DNA of 64,000 nucleotides from assembly GCA_016191335.1 (NCBI GenBank), contig JACPOW010000043.1, positions 3,704 through 67,703 on the forward strand. Direction: 5' to 3'. Shown one piece after another: positions 22,896-31,695 of this stretch. A program made the translations under genes and the position numbers. Below the pieces are notes generated by a model. That model worked only from the letters and a program-made list of their open reading frames with translations, was not told where the DNA came from and did no database searches. Numbering within the stretch: position 1 is the first letter of the stretch; every line of letters starts with the position of its first letter. Source of the DNA: Elusimicrobiota bacterium (GTDB lineage Bacteria > Elusimicrobiota > Elusimicrobia > UBA1565 > UBA9628).

Positions 22896-23270
22896 ATGGC
22901 GCGCGTGCTGATAGTCGACGACGAGGAGTACATCCGGGACCTCATCAAGGAAGTGCTCCTGGCCCAGGGCCACGAGTTCGAGCTCGCCGCGGGCGGGACC
23001 GAGGCCCTCGAGGTCCTGCGCCGGAAGGCGATCGACCTCGCCATCATCGACCGGAACATGCCCGGCATGAGCGGCATCGAGGTCGTGCAGCTCATCCGGC
23101 AGAACCCGAAGACCAAGGGCCTGAAGGTCCTCATGTGCACCGGGTCGAGCGTCACGAAGGAGATCGACGAGGCCTTCGCCGCCGGCGCCGACGACTATCT
23201 GCTCAAGCCCTTGAACTTCTCGGCCCTGCTCGGCAAGGTCGCCAAGGCCCTGGCCTCCCCCTCCAAATGA
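22896..23270 (+). CDS. single-domain response regulator (CheY-like receiver)
   Basis: 124 aa. VLIVDDEEYIRD, DLAIIDRNMPGMSG, DDYLLKP. Confidence 0.9.
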   Translation: MARVLIVDDEEYIRDLIKEVLLAQGHEFELAAGGTEALEVLRRKAIDLAIIDRNMPGMSGIEVVQLIRQNPKTKGLKVLMCTGSSVTKEIDEAFAAGADDYLLKPLNFSALLGKVAKALASPSK

Positions 23271-24361
23271 AGCGCGCGACCGTGGTCGTCTTGTGCGGCG
23301 GGAGATCGGCCGAAAGGCTGGTCTCCCTCGTCTCGGCGCAGTGCGTCGTCGCCAACCTCGACGCGAAACGATTCAAAGTCAGACTGATCCACATCGGGAC
23401 GGACAACGGATGGTTGGAGATCTCATCCGGGCGCCTTCTGGCCGAGACGCCGGGCTCGCTGCATGGCGGAGGAGCTTCGGTGCTTCGCCTTCGGCGGAAC
23501 GGCATCAAGGTCGACCCTTGGAGGCTGCTGACCTCGCTGGGACCTCGCGATTGTGTGTTTCCCGTATTGCATGGCCCCATGGGCGAGGACGGCACGATGC
23601 AGGGCCTGCTCGAGCTGGCCGGCGTCGCCTACGTCGGCTGCGGCGTCCTGGGTTCGGCGGCGGGGATGGACAAGGAGGCGACCAAGCGCGTCGCCCAGTC
23701 GGCCGGACTGCCCCAGGTCCCGTGGGCCGTCGCCCGCACCCCGCGCGAGGCGTCCGCCGCCGCGCGCCGCTTCGGCTTCCCCGTCTTCATCAAGCCCGCG
23801 CGCATGGGCTCCTCGGTCGGCGTCGTGAAGGTCAAGGGGCCTTCCGGCGTCGCCGCGGCGCTGCGCGAGGCGCTGCGCTACGACGACAAGGCCCTCGTCG
23901 AGAAGGGCATCCCCGCCCGCGAGGTCGAGACCGCCGTGCTCGGCGACCCCTGGGCCCCGAAGGGCGACCGCTTCGAGCTCAAGGCCTCGCTGTGCGCCGA
24001 GATCCTGCCGAACGCCGAGTTCTACGACTACAAGGCGAAGTACCTCGACCCGGACGGCGCGAGCTTCGCCATCCCCGCGCCGATCCCGGCCAAGGTCTCC
24101 GCGCGTGTTCGCGCGGTGGCTCTCGCCGCGTTCCGCGCCCTGGACCTGTACGGCCTGGCCCGCGTGGACTTCTTCGTGCACACGAAGACCGGCGCCGTGT
24201 ACTTCAACGAACCGAACACCTTGCCCGGCTTCACCCCCGCCAGCATGTACCCCCGCCTGTGGCGCGAGACCGGGCTCCCCACGAAGAAGCTCGTCGAGAC
24301 CTTGGTCGCTCTGGCCCTGCGCCGCGCCGCCTCCCGGCGGCGCATCAGCACTAAGCATTGA
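23267..24361 (+). CDS. ddl: D-alanine--D-alanine ligase
   Basis: C-terminal 364 aa of listed ORF 23135..24361. ATG 23267 in ATGA overlap with the receiver stop. VLHGPMGEDGTMQGLLELAGVAYVG and an ATP-grasp core. Confidence 0.9.
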   Translation: MKRATVVVLCGGRSAERLVSLVSAQCVVANLDAKRFKVRLIHIGTDNGWLEISSGRLLAETPGSLHGGGASVLRLRRNGIKVDPWRLLTSLGPRDCVFPVLHGPMGEDGTMQGLLELAGVAYVGCGVLGSAAGMDKEATKRVAQSAGLPQVPWAVARTPREASAAARRFGFPVFIKPARMGSSVGVVKVKGPSGVAAALREALRYDDKALVEKGIPAREVETAVLGDPWAPKGDRFELKASLCAEILPNAEFYDYKAKYLDPDGASFAIPAPIPAKVSARVRAVALAAFRALDLYGLARVDFFVHTKTGAVYFNEPNTLPGFTPASMYPRLWRETGLPTKKLVETLVALALRRAASRRRISTKH

Positions 24362-24370
24362 ATGCCCGCG

Positions 24371-24427
24371 GACTGTTTCCGGAAACAGTTCTCGTCGATA
24401 GTTGAGGGACTCGCACCGGTGCGCGTC
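24371..24427. repeat. palindromic element copy 2: module B (19/20), 18-nt spacer, module A (19/20)
   Basis: 24371-24390 and 24408-24427, between the ddl stop and the SSS start. Confidence 0.9.
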
Positions 24428-24438
24428 GCCGTGAAGCC

Positions 24439-25794
24439 ATGATCGACGCGCTGATCGTCGCGGGCTTCCTTCTCGCGTGCCTGTACCTCGGCGCGCGCGC
24501 GCGGCGGAGCGAGGACCTCGAGGGCTGGATCCTCGCCGGCCGGACCTTGACCTTGCCGGTGTTCGTCGCCACCCTCGTGCCCACCTTCTACGGCGGCGTC
24601 CTCGGCATCGGCGAGTTCACCTGGAGCGCCGGCCTGTCGAACTGGACGGTGATGGCCCTGCCTTACTACGTGTTCGCCGGCCTCTACGCCGTGTTCCTCG
24701 CCGGGCGCGTGCGCGCGGCCGCCGGGATGACCATCCCCGACCATCTCGAGTCGGCCTACGGGCGCCCGACCGCGCTGATGGGCGCCCTGCTCGTGTTCCT
24801 CCTCGCCAGCCCCGCCGACGAGCTCCTGATGGCCGGCTCCTTGCTCGGCCACATGACGGGACTGCCCGTCGCGGCCGCGTCGGCGGTCGCGGCCGCCGTC
24901 GCGCTCGCCTTGATCTGGCGCGGCGGCCTGCGCTCCGACGCGGCCGCCAACCGCCTGCAGTTCGTCGTCATGTTCGCGGGCTTTTTCCTGATCATCCCCT
25001 TCGCCTGGCATGCCCTCGGCAGCCCCTCGACCATGGCCGCGAAGCTGCCTGCGGGCCACATGAGCCTCACCGGCGGTATGGGGCTGCCCAAGCTCGTCGG
25101 GTGGTGGCTGATCGCGGTGTGGACCATCGTCGACCCATCCTTCCATCAGCGCTGCGCCGCGGCGGAGAGCCCGGCGGTGGCGCGCAAGGGCATCCTGATC
25201 TCGATCGCGTGCTGGGCCGTGTTCGACCTGATGACGACGACGGCGGGGCTGTACGCGCGCGCCGCGCTGCCCGTCATGGGTAACCCGGCCCTCGCCTTCC
25301 CCCTGCTCGCCGACGCGGTGATGCCCCCGGTCGCCCGCGGCCTGTTCATCGCCGGCGTCTCCGCCTCGCTGTTCGCCGCGCTCCAGGGCACGGCGATGCT
25401 CGCCGCCGCGTGCCTGGGCAAGTCCCGCCTGCGCGCGGGCCTCGTCGCGACGATGATCCTCTCCTACGCGCTCTCCCGGCTCGTGCCGTCCATCGTCGGC
25501 CTGTGGTACGCGGTGGGAAGCGCCGCGATCCCGGGGCTGCTCTTGCCGATGCTCGGCGTCTACCTCCCGGCGCTGCGCGTGCCCGGGAGCTGGGCGGCCG
25601 CCTCGTCGGCGGCGGGCTGGCTGGCCTCGCTGTCCTGGGTCGTCGCCGCGCAGAGGAACGGGGCGCCGCCGCTCGGCGTCGAGCCGATGTTCCCGGGACT
25701 GCTCGTGTCCGGCGCGCTGTGGGCGGCGGGCTACTTCTCGTCGACGCGCACGGCCACGCCGGCCCCGAGCAGCACGCCCCAAGCTCCGCAGTAA
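24439..25794 (+). CDS. sodium:solute symporter (SSS) family transporter
   Basis: 451 aa, polytopic. The N-terminus ...WILAGRTLTLPVFVATLVPTFYGGVLGIGEF is typical of the SSF family. Confidence 0.75.
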   Translation: MIDALIVAGFLLACLYLGARARRSEDLEGWILAGRTLTLPVFVATLVPTFYGGVLGIGEFTWSAGLSNWTVMALPYYVFAGLYAVFLAGRVRAAAGMTIPDHLESAYGRPTALMGALLVFLLASPADELLMAGSLLGHMTGLPVAAASAVAAAVALALIWRGGLRSDAAANRLQFVVMFAGFFLIIPFAWHALGSPSTMAAKLPAGHMSLTGGMGLPKLVGWWLIAVWTIVDPSFHQRCAAAESPAVARKGILISIACWAVFDLMTTTAGLYARAALPVMGNPALAFPLLADAVMPPVARGLFIAGVSASLFAALQGTAMLAAACLGKSRLRAGLVATMILSYALSRLVPSIVGLWYAVGSAAIPGLLLPMLGVYLPALRVPGSWAAASSAAGWLASLSWVVAAQRNGAPPLGVEPMFPGLLVSGALWAAGYFSSTRTATPAPSSTPQAPQ

Positions 25795-26537
25795 GCCCAG
25801 ATCAGGATCGCGAGCACGGAGCTCAGCGCGCCGTTGAACAGGCTGACGTGCCACACCTTGGGCAGCAGGTAGGAGAACAGCAAGGACACCCCCGACCAGG
25901 TCGCCGCGGCCACCGCGGCCCCGGCGGCGGCGGCGCGCCACGACGGGCCCTTCTGCGGGACGAAGACGTAGGTCGAGGCGAAGGCCGCGAACAGCATCAC
26001 GAAGGCGGTCGGGTAGCGGATGACGGAGCCGAACGCCCGCGGGAGGAGGCCCCCGCCGCCGAAGCGCGCGAGCTCGCCCTGCGCGAGCGGCAGCATCACG
26101 AAGCCGACGGCCGCCGCGCCGATCGCGATCGCCCAGATGGCCAGCACGCCGAAGGCCTTCCCGCGCCGGCGCCAGCCGCCGAGGTTGGGGCGCTCGGGGT
26201 CCGAGAACAGGAAGTGCACCGCGCGCGTCATCTCGTTGAGGCCGCTCGACGCGGTCCACACCGCGAGCACCGTGCTCGCCGCGGCCAGGCCGTGCGAGCC
26301 CTGCTGGATCGACGCGGCGAGCGCGTCGGGGCGGAACTTGCTCTCCGGCGGCAGGACGTCGCGCAGGAAGCTCAACAGCTCCGGCGTGAGGTTCGCCGAG
26401 AACACCGCCGCCACGCCCCGCGACACGACGATCAGGAAGGGCACGAGCGAGACGAGGAAGTAGAACGCCATGGCGGCCGCGAAGCTGGGGAGCATGTTGA
26501 GCTTGCCTTGAAGACGGCGGCCGAGTAGCCAGAGCAC
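25731..26537 (-). CDS. YihY/BrkB family membrane protein
   Basis: 268 aa. LPSFAAAMAFYFLVSLVPFLIV and SVLAILIWAYCGAWGVLLGA are YihY-type signatures. 64-nt convergent overlap with the SSS gene. Confidence 0.75.
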   Translation of the reverse strand: MLWLLGRRLQGKLNMLPSFAAAMAFYFLVSLVPFLIVVSRGVAAVFSANLTPELLSFLRDVLPPESKFRPDALAASIQQGSHGLAAASTVLAVWTASSGLNEMTRAVHFLFSDPERPNLGGWRRRGKAFGVLAIWAIAIGAAAVGFVMLPLAQGELARFGGGGLLPRAFGSVIRYPTAFVMLFAAFASTYVFVPQKGPSWRAAAAGAAVAAATWSGVSLLFSYLLPKVWHVSLFNGALSSVLAILIWAYCGAWGVLLGAGVAVRVDEK

Positions 26538-26569
26538 GGGTACAGCTTAGGAAATCTCCCCCGGCGCGG

Positions 26570-28981
26570 CTACGGCGCGGCTTCCTCGCCGGCCTTGATG
26601 GACTCGAGTTTGAGGATCACGCGCTCGAAGGTGTCCTTGAAGCCGCCGGAGAACGGCTCGTCGATGACGCGCAGGGTGCCGAGGCGGTCGACGCGGTCCG
26701 CCGGGATCAGGCCCCGGCCCGGGGCCTCCGCGCGCAGGCGCTCGAGCTGGTCCGACGGGAGGACCTCCCCGGCGGCGAGCTTCGCGGCGAACTTCTTCTC
26801 CACGAGCCGCGCGGCCTCGGCCGCGTCCTTGCCCACGAGAAGGAACTCCTTGCCGCCCGCGCGCACGGGCTCCTCCACCGAGTAGCCGAGCTTGCGCAGG
26901 CGGTTGACCTCGACGCGCATGATCACGCCGAGGCGCTTGAGGTACCGGTCGCCCGCGTCGTGGCCGAGCACGTCGTTGACGGCCTTGAAGTTGCGCGCCG
27001 AGATCATCGCCGCCGCGCCCTTGCCGTCGTAGTCCGCCTCCCACTGCGGCCGCGCCATGTCGATCCACTCCGCGGTCCGCGTCAGCGTCAGCGGGTCCTT
27101 GAACACGGCCTCCAGGAACACCGCGTACTCCTTCTGCGTGAGCTTCTCCTTGAGCGCGCGGATCTCCGACACGCGGTCGGGCCGCGGCGCGGCCGGCGCG
27201 GCGTCCCGGGGCGCGACGCCCTGCGCCAGCGCGGAGAGCTCGCGCAGGCGCGTGAAGGTCAAGGTCCCGGGGACCTCGACGACCGCCTCCCCGCGCAGGC
27301 CCTCGGCCTTCGCTTTATTGAGAACCCCGTCGGCGGCCTTGAGCGCGCTCTCGAAGCCCCGCCCCTTCTCGGCCGCGATGCCGTAGGTGAAGTCTCCGAC
27401 CGGGCCGGTGCGGTTCATGCGGGCCATCGCCGCGTCGATCGCCTGCCTCTCCGGCGCGCCCGTCTCGCTGAGGACCTTCTCCGGCGGGAACGCCTCGCGC
27501 ATGCGGCGCGCGAACTCGATGATGTCGTTCATCGAGCCGAAGGCGACGATCTCCTCTCCTCCGAGGCGCGCCGCGCGCACGCCGGTCGCCTTGGCGAGGG
27601 CGTCGATCCTCGGCCCCGCGGAGGCGAGCATGCGATCCCCCATCTCCTTGCCCGCCACGGGCCCGTGCACGTCGGCCAGGCCCGCGTTGACCGCGCCGAA
27701 GTTGTTCATGTCGAGCATGGCCACCGTCGGCTCCGGCACGCCCGCCAGCAGCTCCTCCGCCTTCTCCATGATGAAGGCGCGGTTGGGCAGGCCCATCAGG
27801 CCGTCGGTGTAGAATATCTCCTCGGCCTTCTTGAACAGCGCCTCCTCGCCGCGGGATATCAGCGAGATCTCCATCTGCCGCAGCGGCGAGCGCTTGTCGG
27901 AGACGTTGCGGGAGGGCCCGTTCGTGGGGCTCTGGTCGAAGAAGCCGTCGGCGACGCCGCGGATGCGGATCGGGCGGTTGCGGATGTGGTCGAAGACGTC
28001 GACGGGCGTCCCCAGGATGGCCCCGGCATGAACCGAGAGCGCCCGGGCGTTCTTGATGGTCGGCCTCCAGCGCGGGTCGAGCCCGACCCTCGAATAAGTG
28101 CCGCTGTTGAAGTCGAGCCGCGGCCGTCCAGTGGCCGGGTCCACCAGGACCTCGCCGGCGAACAGCACCGGCCGCCCTCCGCCGAGCGCCGCGTGCTTGA
28201 CGCCCATCTCCCTGTCGTTGCCGGGCACGACGCGCCCGACCGTCATGCCGATCGTGCCGTCGGGGTTCTCGAAGATCACGTAGTTGTGCTTGACCCCGGG
28301 CTTCATCCGTTTCCAAGAGGCCGCGTCGGCCTCGAAGACGAGGCCGTGCTCCCGCGCGACCTGCATGATCTCGGGCGTGTAGATCGTGCCGGGCAGCAAT
28401 CCGGGGTCGAGCTTGACGCCCGCGCCGCGCCGCTCGAAGCCCGCCGGCCGGGCGACGGGGCCCGAGACCCCGGCCTCTCGGGCCGCGCTTTGGTCGAAGA
28501 GGGCCCGACCGGCGTCGCCTCCCGCCTCGGGCGAATCGTCCGACTTCGACGGGGCGGTCAGGACATGCCCGCCGATGACGCGGGGCTTGACCGGCGTTAA
28601 GGCGGAGCCCGGCAACGACGGGACCGCCGCCGCCGGCGTCCCCGGACGCGCGGCCTGCGGCCGGGCCTTGAGCGGCAAGGTCGAGGTCGGGCGTATGCCC
28701 GTCGCCGGGACGGCTCCCGGCCGGGCGACGGCGGCGTCGACGGCCGCGGGCTGGACGAGGTTCGGCGCCGGCGCCAGGACGTTCGCCAACGTCGGCGCGC
28801 CGGAGGCCGACAACGACGGCACCGTCAGCTGGACCGGGGCGGGAGCGCCGAGGGAGGACCCGATCGCGCCCGTCTGCGTACCGGGCGCGGCCTGGCCGGA
28901 TACGGGGCCTTCGATCTGTCCGGCGCGGACGGCGCAGGACAGGCCCAAAATCAGCAGGGCTCGGAGGGAGAGGGGCCTCAC
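26570..28981 (-). CDS. exported/anchored protein: signal peptide + Pro/Ala-rich leader + unknown domain + two GGDEF-like domains
   Basis: Start set to GTG 28981 (VRPLSLRALLILGLSCAVRAGQ), supported by TGTTATATT 6 nt upstream. First GGDEF-like domain: DGLMGLPNRAF...ARLGGEEIVAFG. Second, degenerate: ISARNFKAVNDVLGHDAGDRYL...RAGGKEFLLVG. Confidence 0.7.
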   Translation of the reverse strand: MRPLSLRALLILGLSCAVRAGQIEGPVSGQAAPGTQTGAIGSSLGAPAPVQLTVPSLSASGAPTLANVLAPAPNLVQPAAVDAAVARPGAVPATGIRPTSTLPLKARPQAARPGTPAAAVPSLPGSALTPVKPRVIGGHVLTAPSKSDDSPEAGGDAGRALFDQSAAREAGVSGPVARPAGFERRGAGVKLDPGLLPGTIYTPEIMQVAREHGLVFEADAASWKRMKPGVKHNYVIFENPDGTIGMTVGRVVPGNDREMGVKHAALGGGRPVLFAGEVLVDPATGRPRLDFNSGTYSRVGLDPRWRPTIKNARALSVHAGAILGTPVDVFDHIRNRPIRIRGVADGFFDQSPTNGPSRNVSDKRSPLRQMEISLISRGEEALFKKAEEIFYTDGLMGLPNRAFIMEKAEELLAGVPEPTVAMLDMNNFGAVNAGLADVHGPVAGKEMGDRMLASAGPRIDALAKATGVRAARLGGEEIVAFGSMNDIIEFARRMREAFPPEKVLSETGAPERQAIDAAMARMNRTGPVGDFTYGIAAEKGRGFESALKAADGVLNKAKAEGLRGEAVVEVPGTLTFTRLRELSALAQGVAPRDAAPAAPRPDRVSEIRALKEKLTQKEYAVFLEAVFKDPLTLTRTAEWIDMARPQWEADYDGKGAAAMISARNFKAVNDVLGHDAGDRYLKRLGVIMRVEVNRLRKLGYSVEEPVRAGGKEFLLVGKDAAEAARLVEKKFAAKLAAGEVLPSDQLERLRAEAPGRGLIPADRVDRLGTLRVIDEPFSGGFKDTFERVILKLESIKAGEEAAP

Positions 28982-28987
28982 ACCCCC

Positions 28988-29016
28988 AATATAACAGCCC
29001 CGCCGGGGTCCTGCCA
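28988..29016 (-). promoter_or_regulatory. promoter TGGCAG-17-TGt-TATATT, 6 nt upstream of GTG 28981
   Basis: Supports the GTG 28981 start of the GGDEF protein. Confidence 0.45.
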
Positions 29017-29041
29017 GGTGATTTATGTAAGGAGAAGCGCC

Positions 29042-29070
29042 TTGACCCTCCGGGCCGATTTGACGACAAT
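29042..29070 (+). promoter_or_regulatory. promoter TTGACC-17-GACAAT, 5 nt upstream of TauE ATG 29076
   Basis: Read from the sequence. Divergent from the GGDEF promoter. Confidence 0.45.
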
Positions 29071-29075
29071 GGCTC

Positions 29076-29843
29076 ATGGACCTGAGCGCCGGCGCGACGA
29101 TCTTCCTGGGCGCCTGCGTCTTCTTCGCCGGGGTCGTGGACGCGCTGGCCGGCGGCGGCGGCCTCATCACCTTGCCCGCCTACCTCGCCGTCGGCCTCAA
29201 CCCGGCCCTGGTGCTCGGCACCAACAAGCTCAGCTCCTCCGTCGGCACCGTCGTCTCCACCTGGCGCTACCACAACGCGCTCAAGTTCTCCATCAAGGAC
29301 TTCCTCCCCGTCATCGCGGCCTCCATGGCCGGCTCCTGGCTCGGAGCGCGCGCCGCCATCCTCGTCGACCCGTCCTGGATCCGGCCGATGCTCCTCATGG
29401 CGCTGCCCGTCGTCGCTTGGCTGGTCTGGTCGAAAAAAGACTTCGGCTCCGTCGACGACAGCCACCATCTCTCCGCCGCCGAGCGCCGGCGCCGCGGCGT
29501 CCTGGTCGCCGCCCCCATCGGCGCCTACGACGGCTTCTTCGGCCCGGGCACCGGCACCTTCTTCGCCATCGCCTTCGCCCGCTGGGGCCGCCACGACCTA
29601 TTGGGCGCGACGGCGCGCGCGAAGATCCTCAACCTCGTCTCCAACCTCGGCGCTCTGGGCGCCTTCATCTGGGCCGGCCGCCTCGACTGGAAGATCGGCC
29701 TCTCGATGAGCCTCCTCTCCGTCGCCGGCCACTGGGTCGGCTCCCACCTCGGCGTCAAGAAAGGCGCCTCCGTGATCCGGCCCGTCGTGGCCCTCGTCTG
29801 CGCCGGCCTGTTCGCCAAGGTGCTCTTCGACGCCGTTCGTTGA
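29076..29843 (+). CDS. TauE/SafE (TSUP) family sulfite/organosulfonate exporter-like membrane protein
   Basis: 255 aa. VVDALAGGGGLITLPAYL and a repeated 4-TM architecture. Confidence 0.8.
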   Translation: MDLSAGATIFLGACVFFAGVVDALAGGGGLITLPAYLAVGLNPALVLGTNKLSSSVGTVVSTWRYHNALKFSIKDFLPVIAASMAGSWLGARAAILVDPSWIRPMLLMALPVVAWLVWSKKDFGSVDDSHHLSAAERRRRGVLVAAPIGAYDGFFGPGTGTFFAIAFARWGRHDLLGATARAKILNLVSNLGALGAFIWAGRLDWKIGLSMSLLSVAGHWVGSHLGVKKGASVIRPVVALVCAGLFAKVLFDAVR

Positions 29844-29855
29844 TATGATGTCCCC

Positions 29856-30944
29856 GTGAGCGAACGCCTGATCGCCGTCTACGAAGTCCCGGGTCCCGCG
29901 GCCGAGGCCGAGAAGACCGCGCGCGCGATCGCTTTTGAAGAAACCGTCGAGGTCCCTTTCGAGTTCCCCCTTCCCTCCCGTATCCGCGAAGGAATCGTCG
30001 GCCAGACGGGGACCCTCGCCCCCGTCGAGAACGGGCGCTTCCGCGTCGAGATCTCCTTCCCCGCCTCGCTCGCGGGCGGGCGCATCGGGGCGCTCCTCAA
30101 CCTCGTCTTCGGGAACGCCTCGATCTGGCCGGGCGTGCGCCTCGTCGACATCCGTTTTCCAGAATCTTTTCTCTCGGCGTTCTCCGGCCCGAACTACGGC
30201 GCGGCCGGGCTCCGGGCCCTCCTCGGGGTCCAGGGCCGTCCATTGCTCGCCACGGCGCTCAAGCCGATGGGCTCGACCGAGGCCGAGCTCGCCGAGTCCG
30301 CCGCCGCCTTCGCGCGCGGCGGCGGGGACATCGTCAAGGACGACCAGAACATCGTCGACGCGACCTTCGCCGCGTTCCGCTCCCGCGTCTCGCGCATCGC
30401 CTCAGCCGTGTCCGGGACGAAGTGCCTGTACTTCCCCCACCTGTCGGGGCCTCAGGAAGAGCTCGAGGAGCGCCTGCGCTTCGTCCTCGGCCTCGGACTC
30501 AAGGGCGTCCTCATCTGCCCCGCCATCGTCGGCCTCGACGCGATGCGCGCCCTGGCCGACCGGCGCAAGGCCGTGTTTATGGCCCACCCCGCCTACTCCG
30601 GAGCCTTCTACGCCGAGCGCTCCCACGGCATCGAGCACTCGTTGTATCTGGGGACTTTGATGCGCCTGGCCGGGGCCGACATCACCGTCTTCCCCAACGC
30701 CGGGGGCCGCTTCGCCTTCACGCCCGCCGAGTGCCGCGCCATCGCCGAGCGGGGCCGCGCGCCGCTGGGCGGCCTGGCGCCGATCTTCCCGGCTCCGGGC
30801 GGCGGGATGAACCTGGACAACACCGCCGCGATGGCGGCCGATTTCGGGACCGACGCGATCTGGCTCGTCGGCGGACGCCTGCTGATGCATCCCGGCGGGC
30901 CGGAAGCCGGGGCGCGCGCCTTCCGCGAGAAGATGCCCTCCTAG
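29856..30944 (+). CDS. RuBisCO large-subunit-like protein (form IV RLP), short and divergent
   Basis: 362 aa. NLVFGN, ATALKPMGS (K175 equivalent kept, K177 position is Met), GGGDIVKDDQN (carbamyl-Lys and Asp kept, Glu204 position is Gln), PAPGGGM, GGRLLMHP. Confidence 0.75.
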   Translation: MSERLIAVYEVPGPAAEAEKTARAIAFEETVEVPFEFPLPSRIREGIVGQTGTLAPVENGRFRVEISFPASLAGGRIGALLNLVFGNASIWPGVRLVDIRFPESFLSAFSGPNYGAAGLRALLGVQGRPLLATALKPMGSTEAELAESAAAFARGGGDIVKDDQNIVDATFAAFRSRVSRIASAVSGTKCLYFPHLSGPQEELEERLRFVLGLGLKGVLICPAIVGLDAMRALADRRKAVFMAHPAYSGAFYAERSHGIEHSLYLGTLMRLAGADITVFPNAGGRFAFTPAECRAIAERGRAPLGGLAPIFPAPGGGMNLDNTAAMAADFGTDAIWLVGGRLLMHPGGPEAGARAFREKMPS

Positions 30945-30952
30945 GGCAGACC

Positions 30953-31228
30953 ATGCGAAGACCGACAAGTGCTCTTGTTCTCGGGGCCTTATTCGCGAGC
31001 GGATGTTCAACGGTGAACACGAAGACTCACGGAGGATGGGGGCACAAGTATTCGGGAACTAAATGCGCTACCGAGAATTTTAGACTCATAGGCTCTTCCG
31101 CAACGCCACTTGCGCCCCTATTCATCCCCGATATCGTCATATCGGCGGTCGCCGATACGCTCATTGCACCTTTTGAGATGTTCGCATCAACTCGAACCGC
31201 GAGCATGAACTGTGGGAACAGTTTTTAG
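30953..31228 (+). CDS. small lipoprotein (YceK/YidQ, DUF1375-like)
   Basis: C-terminal 91 aa of listed ORF 30422..31228. MRRPTSALVLGALFASGCS lipobox. The PLFIPDIVISAVADTLIAPFE tail resembles DUF1375. GC is markedly low. Confidence 0.6.
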   Translation: MRRPTSALVLGALFASGCSTVNTKTHGGWGHKYSGTKCATENFRLIGSSATPLAPLFIPDIVISAVADTLIAPFEMFASTRTASMNCGNSF

Positions 31229-31314
31229 ACGGCAGCCGCCTATCCGAGCGTTATCCACACGATTCACAGCGCACACTTTCGCCGAAAGTAAACGCGCTAT
31301 GAAGGAGACCCGCC

Positions 31315-31692
31315 GTGGGTGATCTGCTCACCGTCTACCTCTGGGTGCTGCTGCTGTCGAGCCTGCTGGCGACGGGCTTCCTCGCCACCAAGGTGACCGA
31401 AGCGGATTTCAAGATCCGGCTGGCGTCCTATTTCGCGCTGTACAACATCGCCTGCATCCTTCTGCGCATGGTGATGCCGACGCGGGAGATGGCGCTGACG
31501 CTCAACTGGATGAACCCGCTGCTGGGCCTGACCTTCGCTTTGATACAGCCCGTCGACCGCGCCTTCCATGTCGCCGACCCCGCCCTACGCGTCGCGATCC
31601 GGGCCACGGCGACCTTGGTCGGCTCGACGGGGATCTGGGTCGCGCTGGGCTGGGTGCTCGGCGCGATGCTCGACGACCGGGTGGAGAAATAG
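31315..31692 (+). CDS. hypothetical membrane protein
   Basis: 125 aa. GTG start with AAGGAG upstream. 3-4 hydrophobic helices. No family recognised. Confidence 0.5.
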   Translation: MGDLLTVYLWVLLLSSLLATGFLATKVTEADFKIRLASYFALYNIACILLRMVMPTREMALTLNWMNPLLGLTFALIQPVDRAFHVADPALRVAIRATATLVGSTGIWVALGWVLGAMLDDRVEK

Positions 31693-31695
31693 CCC

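Noticed and set aside
24028-29594. 743-aa (24028..26259, minus), 759-aa (27315..29594, minus) and related long ORFs
   Set aside because: They overlap the SSS transporter, YihY, GGDEF and TauE genes in wrong frames or strands. Arg/Gly/Pro/Asp-rich with no motifs.
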